Assembly (NCBI GenBank): GCA_963665775.2
Contig: CAXXTF010000002.1
Location: 1,184,001-1,248,000 of the forward strand
DNA: 64,000 nucleotides
DNA from: Dehalococcoidia bacterium
GTDB lineage: Bacteria > Chloroflexota > Dehalococcoidia > SM23-28-2 > RBG-16-64-32
Direction of reading: 5' to 3'
Positions 1 to 9,920 of the stretch are shown piece by piece (position 1 is the first letter of the stretch; every line of letters begins with the position of its first letter). The notes beneath the pieces are model-generated. The model saw nothing but the letters and a program-made list of their open reading frames with translations, was not told where the DNA came from and ran no database searches. Made by a program: the position numbers and the translations under genes.

Positions 1-1315
1 CGCGGAAGTCCGCCTCCAGGTCGGGGTAGAGGGCGAATAGACTCTTGGCCACTACGTCAGTTTCCAGGCCGTGCCCGGACTCCACTCCAACTCGCAAGGT
101 GAGCCGGTCGACGTGTTCGACGTGGTCGACCAGCAGCTCCAGGACGCCGTTTGCCCCCTCCAGCTCAGCGACGGCCTCGGCCACCAGAGGGGCGTATAAA
201 TTGGTTGCCGCGACGACAACAGTGTCGTCCAGCCGGCCCTCGATAACGATGGCCGGCACAGGGGAGCCGCAGCCACACAGCGCCCAGCGGCCGCCGTCGC
301 CAGTGCGGTAGCGAAGGAGGGGCATCGCCTCGCGCGTCAGGGTGGTGAAGACCAGTTCACCCTTCGGACACGGCTGCCCGCTCTCTGGGTCGACGATCTC
401 CGTAAAGAACTGGATTTCGTTCAGGTGAAGGGCCTGGCAGCCGGCTCTACCCATAGCGCCGCCAGGGATCTCGGTGAGGCCATAGCCGTTGATGACCCTG
501 GCACCCCAATAGGCAGAGAAGAGCTCAACCTGGGCCAGCGTCAGCAGCTCGCCGTCCAGCAGAATGTAAGACAGCGGCAGGTGCACCCCGGCACGTTTTG
601 CCTCTCGGGTTAGGGAAGCCATATAGGAGGGCGAGGTCATCATAGCGTTGGGCTGCAGGTGGGCGATCTGCTTGAGGGTCTCGGCTGGCAGCGGCTGACC
701 CACCGGGAGGGCGCGGCCGCCTGCGCGCTCGATGACGGCCTGCGGCGGACCGTTCAGGATAAACTGACCCTGAGCATGGGCGATGAGGCAGACGATGGGC
801 TCCCCTGATGGCAGGGAGCGCAGCAGAAGCGCCGGCAGGTTGACCATCCGATCGAAATCGCGGGCTGAGTAATAGACCCGCTTTGGCTCACGGGTGGTCC
901 CCGAGGTCGTATAGACGTGAGCGATCTCGTCGGCGGGCAGGCACAGAAACTGGTCCGCGTCCGCTATGTCTGCCGGAGTGGTGAACGGGAGGCGACGTAA
1001 ATCGTCCAAGCTCCGAATGTCCCGCGGCTTTGTCGAGGAGTCAGCAAACATTCTGCGGTAGAAGGGCGAGCGGTCGGCAACATGGCCGATCGTGCGGCGC
1101 AGTCGGATTTCCTGAAGAGCGCGGATGAGGGCCGGGCGATACCAACGCTGCCGTGAACTAGCTGTTAGGCGCTGAGACAAGAGGCGTGGAAGGCGTCGTC
1201 CTGGCTTCGTTTCCAGTCTGGTCAACCACCAATCCAGCACGCGTGCGAGAAGCCGGTGGCGCGGCTTTGGCCTCACGCTACCGGCGATGACTGGAGCCCC
1301 AGTGTCTGAACCCAT
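1..1315 (-). CDS. Phenylacetate-CoA ligase (PaaK-like) family protein; 3' end runs off the window
   Basis: Manually translated from ATG at 1315: SPFYRRMF..LRRLPFTT, YTTSGTT loop, GELVFTTLTREAMPLLRYRTGD. The same frame is read at position 2. Absent from the ORF track because there is no stop in the window. Confidence 0.85.
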   Translation of the reverse strand, partial: MGSDTGAPVIAGSVRPKPRHRLLARVLDWWLTRLETKPGRRLPRLLSQRLTASSRQRWYRPALIRALQEIRLRRTIGHVADRSPFYRRMFADSSTKPRDIRSLDDLRRLPFTTPADIADADQFLCLPADEIAHVYTTSGTTREPKRVYYSARDFDRMVNLPALLLRSLPSGEPIVCLIAHAQGQFILNGPPQAVIERAGGRALPVGQPLPAETLKQIAHLQPNAMMTSPSYMASLTREAKRAGVHLPLSYILLDGELLTLAQVELFSAYWGARVINGYGLTEIPGGAMGRAGCQALHLNEIQFFTEIVDPESGQPCPKGELVFTTLTREAMPLLRYRTGDGGRWALCGCGSPVPAIVIEGRLDDTVVVAATNLYAPLVAEAVAELEGANGVLELLVDHVEHVDRLTLRVGVESGHGLETDVVAKSLFALYPDLEADFR

Positions 1316-1528
1316 CGATAAACCTGTCACCAGCTCCGTTTCCGTGCTGAAGCGTTGAGGCCAATCCTAGCATGCCCTTGTAATCCATAACAAGACGCCC
1401 CAAAGCAACGATTTGAGATCGTGGTTAGAGGGCATAGTCTGTCTGTCAAGCTGATCCATAACCCCCGCGTGCTCGATTTCGTCGAACGACGCTTCGGTTC
1501 GGTTCGGTATGGAAGATGGTAGCGAACG

Positions 1529-3637
1529 CTAGTTGCTGATCGGCGGTTCGGGCAAGGCGTACTCCAGGACGACCTCGTCCGGGGAAGTTCCGAGCTGCAC
1601 GGTGAGAGGGAGTGAAATGTCCACATTCTCGACGAGGCAGATCGCCTCCGCCCCGCTCCGGCAGTAATACACCTGGCCCTGAGCCGTCAGGATAGCATCG
1701 CCGCTGCCGGTGGAGACCGGAACAAGAATCTCCACGAACGGATCATCCGTCATCCAACTGACGGTGTCGTTCCCCAAGGCAAGGGCGGGCGGATTGGAGC
1801 TGGTCAGCGTCAGCCCTGAAGGCGCCAGGCTGTTAAGGTGGAAATGATCGGGCGTCGTTAGCCGGATCCTCAAAGTCGATGTGCCAAGCGACACGGTCTG
1901 CCCGGGGAGGGACACCTTGAGGGTTCGCCCCTCCAGACCCTGAACTGCCGCCGCCAGGTTACTCAATTCAAGGGTAGAAACGGCGTTGGTTCGCAAGTCC
2001 ATCAGCCGAACCACATGGTTGTTGGTATCGGCGATGTAGAGGATCCCGTTCGCTGTGCTGAGACCGGAGGGCTCGCTCAACAGGGAGTCGCTTCCGGGCC
2101 CATCGTCGAACCCGGCTACCGTACCGCCAGCCACGACAAGCACCTCGCCGGTCCTCGGATCGACCGTGCGCAGCTTATGGTTATACGTATCCGCCACGTA
2201 GAGGGTGCCATTGGCGGAGATGATCCCCTGCGGGTGCTCCAGAAGCGCCCCCGTGCCCACGCCGTCTGCATCGCCGAAGTCGAAGAGCCCTGTACCTACG
2301 AGGGTCTCGACTTCACCGCTGCCGTCGATCGGCACCCGCCGTACGGAGCTGGACTCCGGGTCCACCCAGAATAAGCTGCTCCCGTCGATCGTAAGGCCGC
2401 TCGGTTGAGCCAGCGTCGCCCGCTCAGGCGGGCCATCCTGGATCCCCTCACGGCCATTCCCCACGAACACTGACAGCGTGCCCTGAGCTATGTCCATCGT
2501 CCAGATCTGGTGTGTGCCGGCCATCGCAATGTAGAGAGTACCCTCGTTCAGAACTAGCCCCCAGGGCGATGCGAGGTCCGTCTCCTCGCCCGGTGCGCCC
2601 GCCACGGGCCACGTCCGAGCCCTCAAGCCGGTGCCAGCGATGGTCGTGACCTCCTTGGTTATCAGGTCCGCCGCTCGGATGGCATGGTTGCGCGTGTCCG
2701 CGATGTACAGCGTGTTGCCGTCCGGCGAAAGCGCCAGCCCTTGTGGCTCGTAGAGCGTGGCCTCGTCGAAGAGGCCGTCCTCGAACCCCTGCTGGCCCGC
2801 ACCGATCACGTCCCGAAGCTCTCCGTCCAGACCGGCGATCAGCACACGGTTGTGCCCGGCGTCCGCTATGAACAGGCGGCTGCCCGCCTCGTCCGCCAGC
2901 ACCGCGGACGGGTAGGAGAGGAACGTCGAGGTGACGGCGTCGGCCTCCAGGTCTATCGCGAAGGGCGAGCGGTCGATCTCTCCCAGGGCGTCGAACTCGG
3001 CGACCAGCGCCGCGATGACCGGCTGGAACGCGGGGTAGACCCCCTCACCCGGGCGCGCCCCGACGACGTTTCCGGCGGGGTCTATCAGGACCAGCGTAGG
3101 CCAGGCGTTCACGCCGTACATGGACCAGATGATGAAATCGGGGTCGTTCACCACCGCGTGTCGGAGGCCGTAGCGAAGAATGGACTGCCGGACGCTCTCG
3201 TCTTCCTGCTCGCGATCGTACTTCCCGGAATGCACACCGATCACAACCAGTTCGTCTGCAAACTCCTCCTCTAGCCGCGTCAGGTCGGGGATGATCTGCT
3301 GACAGTTAATGCACCCCGAGGTCCAGAAGTCCAACAGGACCAGCTTGCCCTGCAGGTCGGCCAAAGACGGCGGCTCGCTGACGTTAAACCAGGTGTGGCC
3401 GCCCGGAAAATCCGGCGCAGACACAGTCCTCGCGGACGGCGTCGTCCCTGTGAAGGCTGGATCGTTCGGGCCCCTGCCTTCATCGCCCCCGCCGCCACCG
3501 CAGGCCACCGCAATTACGGCTGCCCCGGCGAGTACGGCGAGCCATACCGCTGGCCTAGCACACATCCGCTTCAACGTTCCCGCCACCAACCGGTGTCCCC
3601 GTGACCTGATCCTCTCTCCCAACGGCAGGCTCTCCAC
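1529..3637 (-). CDS. Thioredoxin-like (CINC) plus NHL-repeat lipoprotein (NHLRC2/SOQ1-like architecture); true start probably downstream of 3637
   Basis: LDFWTSGCINC, IGVHSGKY, AWPTLVLIDP; repeated LYIADTxNH NHL blades; lipobox-like VIAVAC-GGG. Confidence 0.85.
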   Translation of the reverse strand: MESLPLGERIRSRGHRLVAGTLKRMCARPAVWLAVLAGAAVIAVACGGGGGDEGRGPNDPAFTGTTPSARTVSAPDFPGGHTWFNVSEPPSLADLQGKLVLLDFWTSGCINCQQIIPDLTRLEEEFADELVVIGVHSGKYDREQEDESVRQSILRYGLRHAVVNDPDFIIWSMYGVNAWPTLVLIDPAGNVVGARPGEGVYPAFQPVIAALVAEFDALGEIDRSPFAIDLEADAVTSTFLSYPSAVLADEAGSRLFIADAGHNRVLIAGLDGELRDVIGAGQQGFEDGLFDEATLYEPQGLALSPDGNTLYIADTRNHAIRAADLITKEVTTIAGTGLRARTWPVAGAPGEETDLASPWGLVLNEGTLYIAMAGTHQIWTMDIAQGTLSVFVGNGREGIQDGPPERATLAQPSGLTIDGSSLFWVDPESSSVRRVPIDGSGEVETLVGTGLFDFGDADGVGTGALLEHPQGIISANGTLYVADTYNHKLRTVDPRTGEVLVVAGGTVAGFDDGPGSDSLLSEPSGLSTANGILYIADTNNHVVRLMDLRTNAVSTLELSNLAAAVQGLEGRTLKVSLPGQTVSLGTSTLRIRLTTPDHFHLNSLAPSGLTLTSSNPPALALGNDTVSWMTDDPFVEILVPVSTGSGDAILTAQGQVYYCRSGAEAICLVENVDISLPLTVQLGTSPDEVVLEYALPEPPISN

Positions 3638-4016
3638 TTCTACTACGTCACCCGGTCTTTCTCCGCCAGAATCCGGTATCCACTAATCAGTACGATCTAT
3701 GAGCTCGTATGGAGCACACCGGGGGGAGTTTGATTTCAAGTTTGATCAGGCTGGACACGTGTCGAGGAGCCTAGCCGAGGAACGGACGTAGCCTGAGGGA
3801 GCGCATGACAGTCCTCCCATAGGGCCGGAGAAAGGGCCGGTATCCGGTGAGACTTCTGTATTATACGCCCGCCCCGGCGACCCATCTGGAGACGTCCGGC
3901 GCTACCCTCAACACCAAGGGGGTGGCCCAGGCCCTGGAATGGCCCGAGAGCCTGGGCCTGGTGGATGTCGAGCGTATGGAGCTGGTCCCGGTGGCGGCGG
4001 GCTAAACGGCGGACGT

Positions 4017-4787
4017 CTACTCACCCTTGAACTGGGGAGGGCGGCGTTCTTTGAAGGCCGCCAACCCCTCACGATAGTCCTTCGTGTAGGCCAGGGAGTT
4101 GAACAGGCGCTGCTCCTCCAGTAGACCCTCTTGCAGGGGCAACTCCTGCGCTCGCAACATGGCCTGCTTGGCGGCGCGCAGGGCCAGGGGTCCGCGCTGG
4201 CACAGGGTCTCCGCCCACCGGCGGGCCTCCGCCATCAGTTCGGCAGCTGGGACCACGGCGTTCACCAGCCCCACGGCCAGCGCCTCCTGGGCCGACAGCG
4301 GCTCACCGGTAAGAACGATGCGTGCGGCCACGACCCAGGGCAGCTGTCGCGGCAGGCGCTGAGTACCGCCCCAACCGGGGATAAGGCCTAGGGTCACTTC
4401 CGGCGCACCGAGGCTGGCCTTCTCCGCAGCCACACGCAGATCACAAGCCAGCACGATCTCCAGGCCACCACCCAGAGCGATGCCGTTGACGGCCGCGATG
4501 AGAGGCTTCGTCACGGTGTGACCCCGCATGATCGTGGACGGTTCCGGATAGGGGTTGCCGTCCGGGTCGTCCATGATGCGGGGGATGGTGTCGTGGAGAT
4601 CGGCCCCGGCGCAGAAGGCGCGCCCGGCACCCGTAATGATGCCGACCCAGGCCGCGTCCTCGTCCTCCAGGCGCGCCGTGGCCTCGGAGAAGGCCTGCCA
4701 GGTCTCCAGATCGATGGCGTTCAAGGCGCGGGGGCGGTTAAGGGTAATAGTCGCGATATGGCCATCGCGCTCGTAGTCTACCGCCAT
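4017..4787 (-). CDS. Enoyl-CoA hydratase/isomerase
   Basis: TLNRPRALNA, AFCAGADL, ALGGGLE, PEVTLGLIPGWGGTQRL. Confidence 0.92.
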   Translation of the reverse strand: MAVDYERDGHIATITLNRPRALNAIDLETWQAFSEATARLEDEDAAWVGIITGAGRAFCAGADLHDTIPRIMDDPDGNPYPEPSTIMRGHTVTKPLIAAVNGIALGGGLEIVLACDLRVAAEKASLGAPEVTLGLIPGWGGTQRLPRQLPWVVAARIVLTGEPLSAQEALAVGLVNAVVPAAELMAEARRWAETLCQRGPLALRAAKQAMLRAQELPLQEGLLEEQRLFNSLAYTKDYREGLAAFKERRPPQFKGE

Positions 4788-4796
4788 GGCAAGCCC

Positions 4797-5651
4797 CTAT
4801 CCCCTATAGTCGAAGAAACCCTTGCCGGACTTGCGGCCCAGGTTGCCCTGGGAGACCATGTCGCGGAGCATCGTGGGTGCCTCAAGACTGGGCTCTCCAC
4901 ACCCTTCGTACATGGACTCGCCGACGTGGATGAGGGTGTCCAGGCCAATGAGATCGGCGGTAGCCAGGGGGCCCATGGCGTGGCCAAGACCGGACTTGCA
5001 GGCCTCATCGACGTGTTTAGCGGTAGCGGTGCTGCTCTCCACCATGCGGATCGCCTCGAAGATGAAGGGGACGAGCAGCCGGTTCACGATGAAGCCGGGC
5101 GTGTCCTTGACGCGGACGACAACGCGGTCGACGGAGTCAGAAAAGGCCGTCGCCACATCGATGGTGTCCTGCGAGGTACTTTCGGCGACGATGATCTCCA
5201 CCAGGCGGAGGACCGCCGGCGGGTTGAAGAAGTGGAGGCCGATAACCTTCTCCGCCCGGCCGGAAGCGGTGGCGAGAGCGCTGATAGATAGCGATGACGT
5301 GTTGCTGGCCAGGATCGCCTCCGCCTTGCAGACGCCGCCAAGTGCCGCGAACAGATCCTGCTTTGTGGCGAGATCCTCGAAGGCGGCCTCGATGACCAGG
5401 TCGCACTCGGACAGGTCCTGGACAACAACGGTGCCTTTGAGCCCATTAATCGCAGCCTCATAGCGCTCCTGGGCAAGGCCGCCGCGCTTGGACTCGCGGG
5501 CCATCCGTCTTCTGATGGCGGCGAGGCCCTTGTCCAGTCGCTGCTGGTCCACGTCCAACACCCTGACCTCGTAACCATGGGAGGCACAGAGTTCGGCGAT
5601 GCCAGCGCCCATAACCCCACAGCCCACGACGCCGACAAGCTTGACGGTTAT
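4797..5651 (-). CDS. 3-hydroxyacyl-CoA (3-hydroxybutyryl-CoA) dehydrogenase; probable ATA start at 5651
   Basis: GCGVMGAGIA Rossmann motif, LASNTSSL, GLHFFNP, PGFIVNRL, GRKSGKGF; GGAGGG 6 nt upstream of ATA. Confidence 0.9.
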   Translation of the reverse strand: MTVKLVGVVGCGVMGAGIAELCASHGYEVRVLDVDQQRLDKGLAAIRRRMARESKRGGLAQERYEAAINGLKGTVVVQDLSECDLVIEAAFEDLATKQDLFAALGGVCKAEAILASNTSSLSISALATASGRAEKVIGLHFFNPPAVLRLVEIIVAESTSQDTIDVATAFSDSVDRVVVRVKDTPGFIVNRLLVPFIFEAIRMVESSTATAKHVDEACKSGLGHAMGPLATADLIGLDTLIHVGESMYEGCGEPSLEAPTMLRDMVSQGNLGRKSGKGFFDYRG

Positions 5652-5798
5652 CGCTGTCCCTCCGTCCCTCTGGAGGCCGAGGCAGCCGACGCTTCAGCCG
5701 CAGCGGACATCGGGCTTCCTGCAGTATCGAGGTGCCGCTCAAGCCCCCAACCCAGCCCGGCCAGCGCGAAGTCCGGGCCGACATCGCGGCGCTGTCTC

Positions 5799-7109
5799 TT
5801 ACGCCGCATGCTCGCGGCTCGCATTTCGCTTCTCGATAGGCAGGAAGCTGCGCCGCTGCGGCCCCACGTATATCTGGCGCGGCCGGGAGATCTTCTGCTC
5901 TGGATCCTGGATCATCTCCCGCCACTGGGCCAACCAGCCGACCGTCCGCGGGATGGCGAACAGCACCGGAAACATCTTCACCGGGAAGCCCATGGCCTGG
6001 TAGATGATTCCCGAGTAGAAATCCACGTTCGGATAGAGCTTGCGTTCGATGAAGTAATCGTCTTCCAAAGCGATGCGCTCCAGCTCCAGCGCGATATCGA
6101 GCAACGGGTTCGGTCCCGTTACCGCAAACACATCCTCGGCCGTCCGCTTGATAATTTTCGCGCGGGGATCGTAGCTCTTGTACACCCGGTGCCCGAAGCC
6201 CATGAGTAGCCCCTCACCCGCCTTTACCTGCTTGATGAATGCCGGCACCCGCTTCTTGTCACCGATCTCCACCAGCATGCGGATCACCGCTTCGTTGGCG
6301 CCGCCGTGCAAGGGCCCGTACAGGGCCGCCGCAGCCGCCGCAGTGGCCGAGAAGGGGTCGCCCCGAGAGCTCCCGACCGCGCGCATAGCGCTGGTACTAC
6401 AGTTCTGCTCGTGGTCGGCGTGCAGGATAAACATGATGTCGATGGCCCGCTCCAGCACCGGCTCCGGCTTATACCTGGGCTCCGTCATCTTCCACAGCAT
6501 GGACAGGAAATTCCCGGCGTAGCTCAAGTCGTTATCGGGATAGATGTAGGGAAGCCCCATGCTGTGCCGGTAGGCAAAGGCGGCGATGGTCGGCATCTTG
6601 GCAATGAGCCGCCATGTCTGTATCTCTCGCGACTGGGCGTCATCCACGTCCTTGGCTTCCGGATAGAAGGTAGAGAGAGCCGCCACCGTCCCAATCAGCA
6701 TCCCCATGGGGTGTGCGTCGTACTGGAAGCCTTCCATCAGCTTCTTGACGCTCTCATGTACGAACGTGTGGTGGGTGATGTTCCGAGTCCACTCCTTGAG
6801 CTGCGCCCGATTGGGCAGCTCGCCGTAGCTGATCAGGTAGGCCGTCTCCAGAAACGTGCTCCGCTTCGCCAACTCCTCGATAGGATAGCCGCCGTACTCG
6901 AGAATGCCGCGCTCGCCATCGACGTAGGAGATGGCGCTGCGACAGGACACGGTGTTTGTGAACGCGGGATCGTACACCATCAGCCCAAAGTCATCATTGG
7001 CCACCTTGATTTTACGGAAATCCGGGCCGGGAACAGTGCCGTCGGTGATCGCCACTTCGTAGACCCGACCCGTGCGGTTGTCCGTGATCGTCAACGTGTC
7101 GTTGCCCAT
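5799..7109 (-). CDS. gltA: Citrate synthase
   Basis: LHADHEQNCST, GPLHGGANE, MGFGHRVYK, LYPNVDFYSG; AAGGAG SD. Confidence 0.95.
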   Translation of the reverse strand: MGNDTLTITDNRTGRVYEVAITDGTVPGPDFRKIKVANDDFGLMVYDPAFTNTVSCRSAISYVDGERGILEYGGYPIEELAKRSTFLETAYLISYGELPNRAQLKEWTRNITHHTFVHESVKKLMEGFQYDAHPMGMLIGTVAALSTFYPEAKDVDDAQSREIQTWRLIAKMPTIAAFAYRHSMGLPYIYPDNDLSYAGNFLSMLWKMTEPRYKPEPVLERAIDIMFILHADHEQNCSTSAMRAVGSSRGDPFSATAAAAAALYGPLHGGANEAVIRMLVEIGDKKRVPAFIKQVKAGEGLLMGFGHRVYKSYDPRAKIIKRTAEDVFAVTGPNPLLDIALELERIALEDDYFIERKLYPNVDFYSGIIYQAMGFPVKMFPVLFAIPRTVGWLAQWREMIQDPEQKISRPRQIYVGPQRRSFLPIEKRNASREHAA

Positions 7110-7469
7110 GGCGCAGCTCCTTCACATATCCGGCCCAAAGTCTTGCGGCCCGCTCTATTGTACACATACGTACGGGGCCTGTCGCGGACCTACCCCGCCG
7201 GTCGCCGAATTCCGACCATGGCACAGCGCCCACCGATCATCCCATCCATCATCGTCACCGGTTGTATGCGGGTAGGGCCTCTCGAAGCAGACAGCCAGGA
7301 GCCGACAGATGACGACCGCGAACCGCCGGCCCGCGCGACATCTTGGTTCATGGCATGCCTGCCGGCCGGCCGCGAGAGGCCCTGGCGGGCAGCCATCCTG
7401 TCCGACTAGATTAGATAGATATAAGTAAGGGCAGTGGCAGGGCCCCAGTCTTACTTTGGACAGACGCCC

Positions 7470-9809
7470 TTAGCCCTCCACCCAATTCACCACGTTGTTG
7501 GCCTTCAGGTCGTCGATATCGTCCGCGCTGTATCCCAGATCCTCAAGAATAGGTCTGGTGTGGGTCCCCAGGGGCTCAAGGACGCCGATCTTGCCGGGGG
7601 TGCTGAGTAGGTTGACACTCGCGCCAGACTGTAAGACCCCGCCTACCCCGGGATAGCTAAAAGCGGTCGTTCGCTGGGCGCTTTCCCCGTCCCAGTCATC
7701 GAAGAGGAAATCGGCCCACCTCCCGCTGGCCAATGCACAGGCGACATCCTTCGCCTGAAGCAGCGCCTCCCACTCCTGGGCATCCCGTTCCTGAAACAGG
7801 GGCTCCAGGAGTGCGACGATCGCCTTGCCGTTGGTCTGCCGTGCCTCTTTAGTGCTGAATCTGGGATCGTCCCGCCATGCGGGCTGGCCTACCGCATCAC
7901 AGAAGGCCGACCACTCGCCGTCCCCAGTGACGGCGAGGAACACCCATCCCTGTTTGGCCTGGTACAGCCGGTAGAGGGCTCCCAGGCCGTACTGCCCCTT
8001 GTCCGGGACCGGCCGATCGGGCTTCCCCTCGTAGCGCACGAAGTCATCCGAAAAGAGATAGGCAGCGCTGACCAGCATCGTGGTCTCCAGATTCTGGCCC
8101 TCGCCGGTCAAGTCGCGCGCCCTCAATCCCAGGAGCATCGCGATGCCCACACCCAGGAGGGCGCTGTGATCGGTGGTCTGCCTTTGTTGAGGCGGATTCC
8201 CCTCGCCTGCCTGAAGCACCTCGCCGCCTGCCATAGCCGATACTACAGGGTCGAACGCCGGCCTATGGGCGTCGGTGCCGCTGGAGCCAAAAGACGCCGC
8301 ATACAGGTAGACCAAGCGCGGGTTGACCTTCCTCAGGGTCTCGTAGTCGAGCGCCAGCCTCTCCGGTACGCCCGGCCGGAAGTTGTGGACCAGAACGTCG
8401 GCCTCAGCGACGATCTGGTGCAGGATCTTGGTGCCCTCCGGCTTCTTCAAGTCGATGGAAATCCGCTGTTTACCGCGGGTGACCCGGAAGAAGAGCTCCC
8501 CCGGAGTAGCCATAGGGTCGCCCTCCAAGGGCTCTATCTTGATGACCTTGGCTCCCAGATCGGCCAGGATTCCGGGGCCTCCAGGCGCGGCGGCCCACAT
8601 AGACAGGTCTACGATAGTCACCCCCTCCAGGGCTCCTACTGGGAGAGGAAGCGACTGGGATGGGGGCGTCCGTCCGGACGCGCTTTTCAGCGTCGCCAGC
8701 ACCTCCTCGGTGTGTTCCCCCAGCCTCGGCGCCGGGGCGCGAAGCTGCCACTGTTCGCCGATAAATGTCGCGATGGGCCCGATCTGCTTCATCCTGCCGA
8801 CCGTGGGATCGTCCACCTCGATGACGTTGCCGTTGTGAACGATCTGGGGGTAATCCATGAACTCCTGCGTCGTCAGGAAGACCCCGTAGGCGGCGTCCTG
8901 CTCATCGAAAATCCTGACCCACTCCGCTAGAGGCTTGGTCTTGTAGGCAGCATCTATCTGGGAGATGAGATAGTCCCTATCCTCAGGGTCAAATCGTGTC
9001 CCTTTTCCCTTGAATCGGGGATCGGTGAAATACTCATCGATACCCATAGCCCGCATCATGTTGGTAAACACGCCGGCGCCCGCGTTCCCGGACTGGATCC
9101 ATTTTCCGTCCGCGCATTGGGCGATCCGGTACCCTGTGCTGCGGTTCTGCGGGTCTCTGGCCTGAATGCTAATCGAGCTGTTCATCTCCGGCTTCTCAAA
9201 GCGGATGCCGCCGTATGAATAGACGTAGTTGGCCTGGGCCATAGTGGACTCCACCCTCTGGCCCGCTCCGGTCTTCTCCTTAGCGTGGACGGCGGCCATA
9301 ACGCCGATGAGCCCCAGGATGGCCGATCCATAGCTACACTTGAACACGGCATCGTAGATCGGACCATCCTCACGGTAGCCGTTCTGGATGACGTGTTGAC
9401 CGCATTTGGCCGATACGATGCCCTCGTAGCCCTTATAGTTGCGGTACTTGCCTGACTGCCCGAAGGCTGAGATCGAGAGGTAGACCAGCCCAGGGTTACC
9501 CTTAGTCAGCTCCTCGTAGCCGATACCGAGTCGTTCCGCCACGCCGGGCCGATAGTTCTCTATCAGCACGTCGCTCTCTCTGGCCAGGGCCTGTGCGGCC
9601 TTGCGGCCATCCTCGCTCTTCAGGTCCAGAACAACGCCCTTCTTCCCCCGGTTCCATTGAAGGAAAGCGGGCACATGGCGGAAGGCCTCCCCAGCGGGGG
9701 GCTCCACTTTTACGACCTCGGCCCCGAAGTCGGCCAGGATCATGCCGGGGATGGCTCCGTACCCCTGGGAAAAATCCAGAACCTTCAGGCCCGCACAGGC
9801 TGTAGCCAT
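7470..9809 (-). CDS. Two-domain family III (CaiB/BaiF) CoA-transferase
   Basis: Two copies of the LADxGAxVxKxE / RGK / ENYRPG-HNFRPG module. Confidence 0.88.
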   Translation of the reverse strand: MATACAGLKVLDFSQGYGAIPGMILADFGAEVVKVEPPAGEAFRHVPAFLQWNRGKKGVVLDLKSEDGRKAAQALARESDVLIENYRPGVAERLGIGYEELTKGNPGLVYLSISAFGQSGKYRNYKGYEGIVSAKCGQHVIQNGYREDGPIYDAVFKCSYGSAILGLIGVMAAVHAKEKTGAGQRVESTMAQANYVYSYGGIRFEKPEMNSSISIQARDPQNRSTGYRIAQCADGKWIQSGNAGAGVFTNMMRAMGIDEYFTDPRFKGKGTRFDPEDRDYLISQIDAAYKTKPLAEWVRIFDEQDAAYGVFLTTQEFMDYPQIVHNGNVIEVDDPTVGRMKQIGPIATFIGEQWQLRAPAPRLGEHTEEVLATLKSASGRTPPSQSLPLPVGALEGVTIVDLSMWAAAPGGPGILADLGAKVIKIEPLEGDPMATPGELFFRVTRGKQRISIDLKKPEGTKILHQIVAEADVLVHNFRPGVPERLALDYETLRKVNPRLVYLYAASFGSSGTDAHRPAFDPVVSAMAGGEVLQAGEGNPPQQRQTTDHSALLGVGIAMLLGLRARDLTGEGQNLETTMLVSAAYLFSDDFVRYEGKPDRPVPDKGQYGLGALYRLYQAKQGWVFLAVTGDGEWSAFCDAVGQPAWRDDPRFSTKEARQTNGKAIVALLEPLFQERDAQEWEALLQAKDVACALASGRWADFLFDDWDGESAQRTTAFSYPGVGGVLQSGASVNLLSTPGKIGVLEPLGTHTRPILEDLGYSADDIDDLKANNVVNWVEG

Positions 9810-9920
9810 CGCTTCACCCCTTTATGTTATGAACAGCGCGGTTGCCGCCACCGTCCGGCCGCGAACCGCGCCCGCGCACAGGCCGGACGCCGGCTCGCGA
9901 CTCGGCACGATGATCCGCCT

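Noticed and set aside
1494-1508. TTCGG triple repeat upstream of the PaaK-like gene
   Set aside because: Too short to support a function.
6306-7409. 367-aa plus-strand ORF and the many similar antisense ORFs in the track
   Set aside because: They lie opposite well-supported genes (here gltA) and are expected in high-GC DNA.
7316-9880. Shared CCGCGAACCGC..GCCCGCGC motif at 7316 and 9859
   Set aside because: Short, GC-rich and only two copies; chance cannot be excluded.
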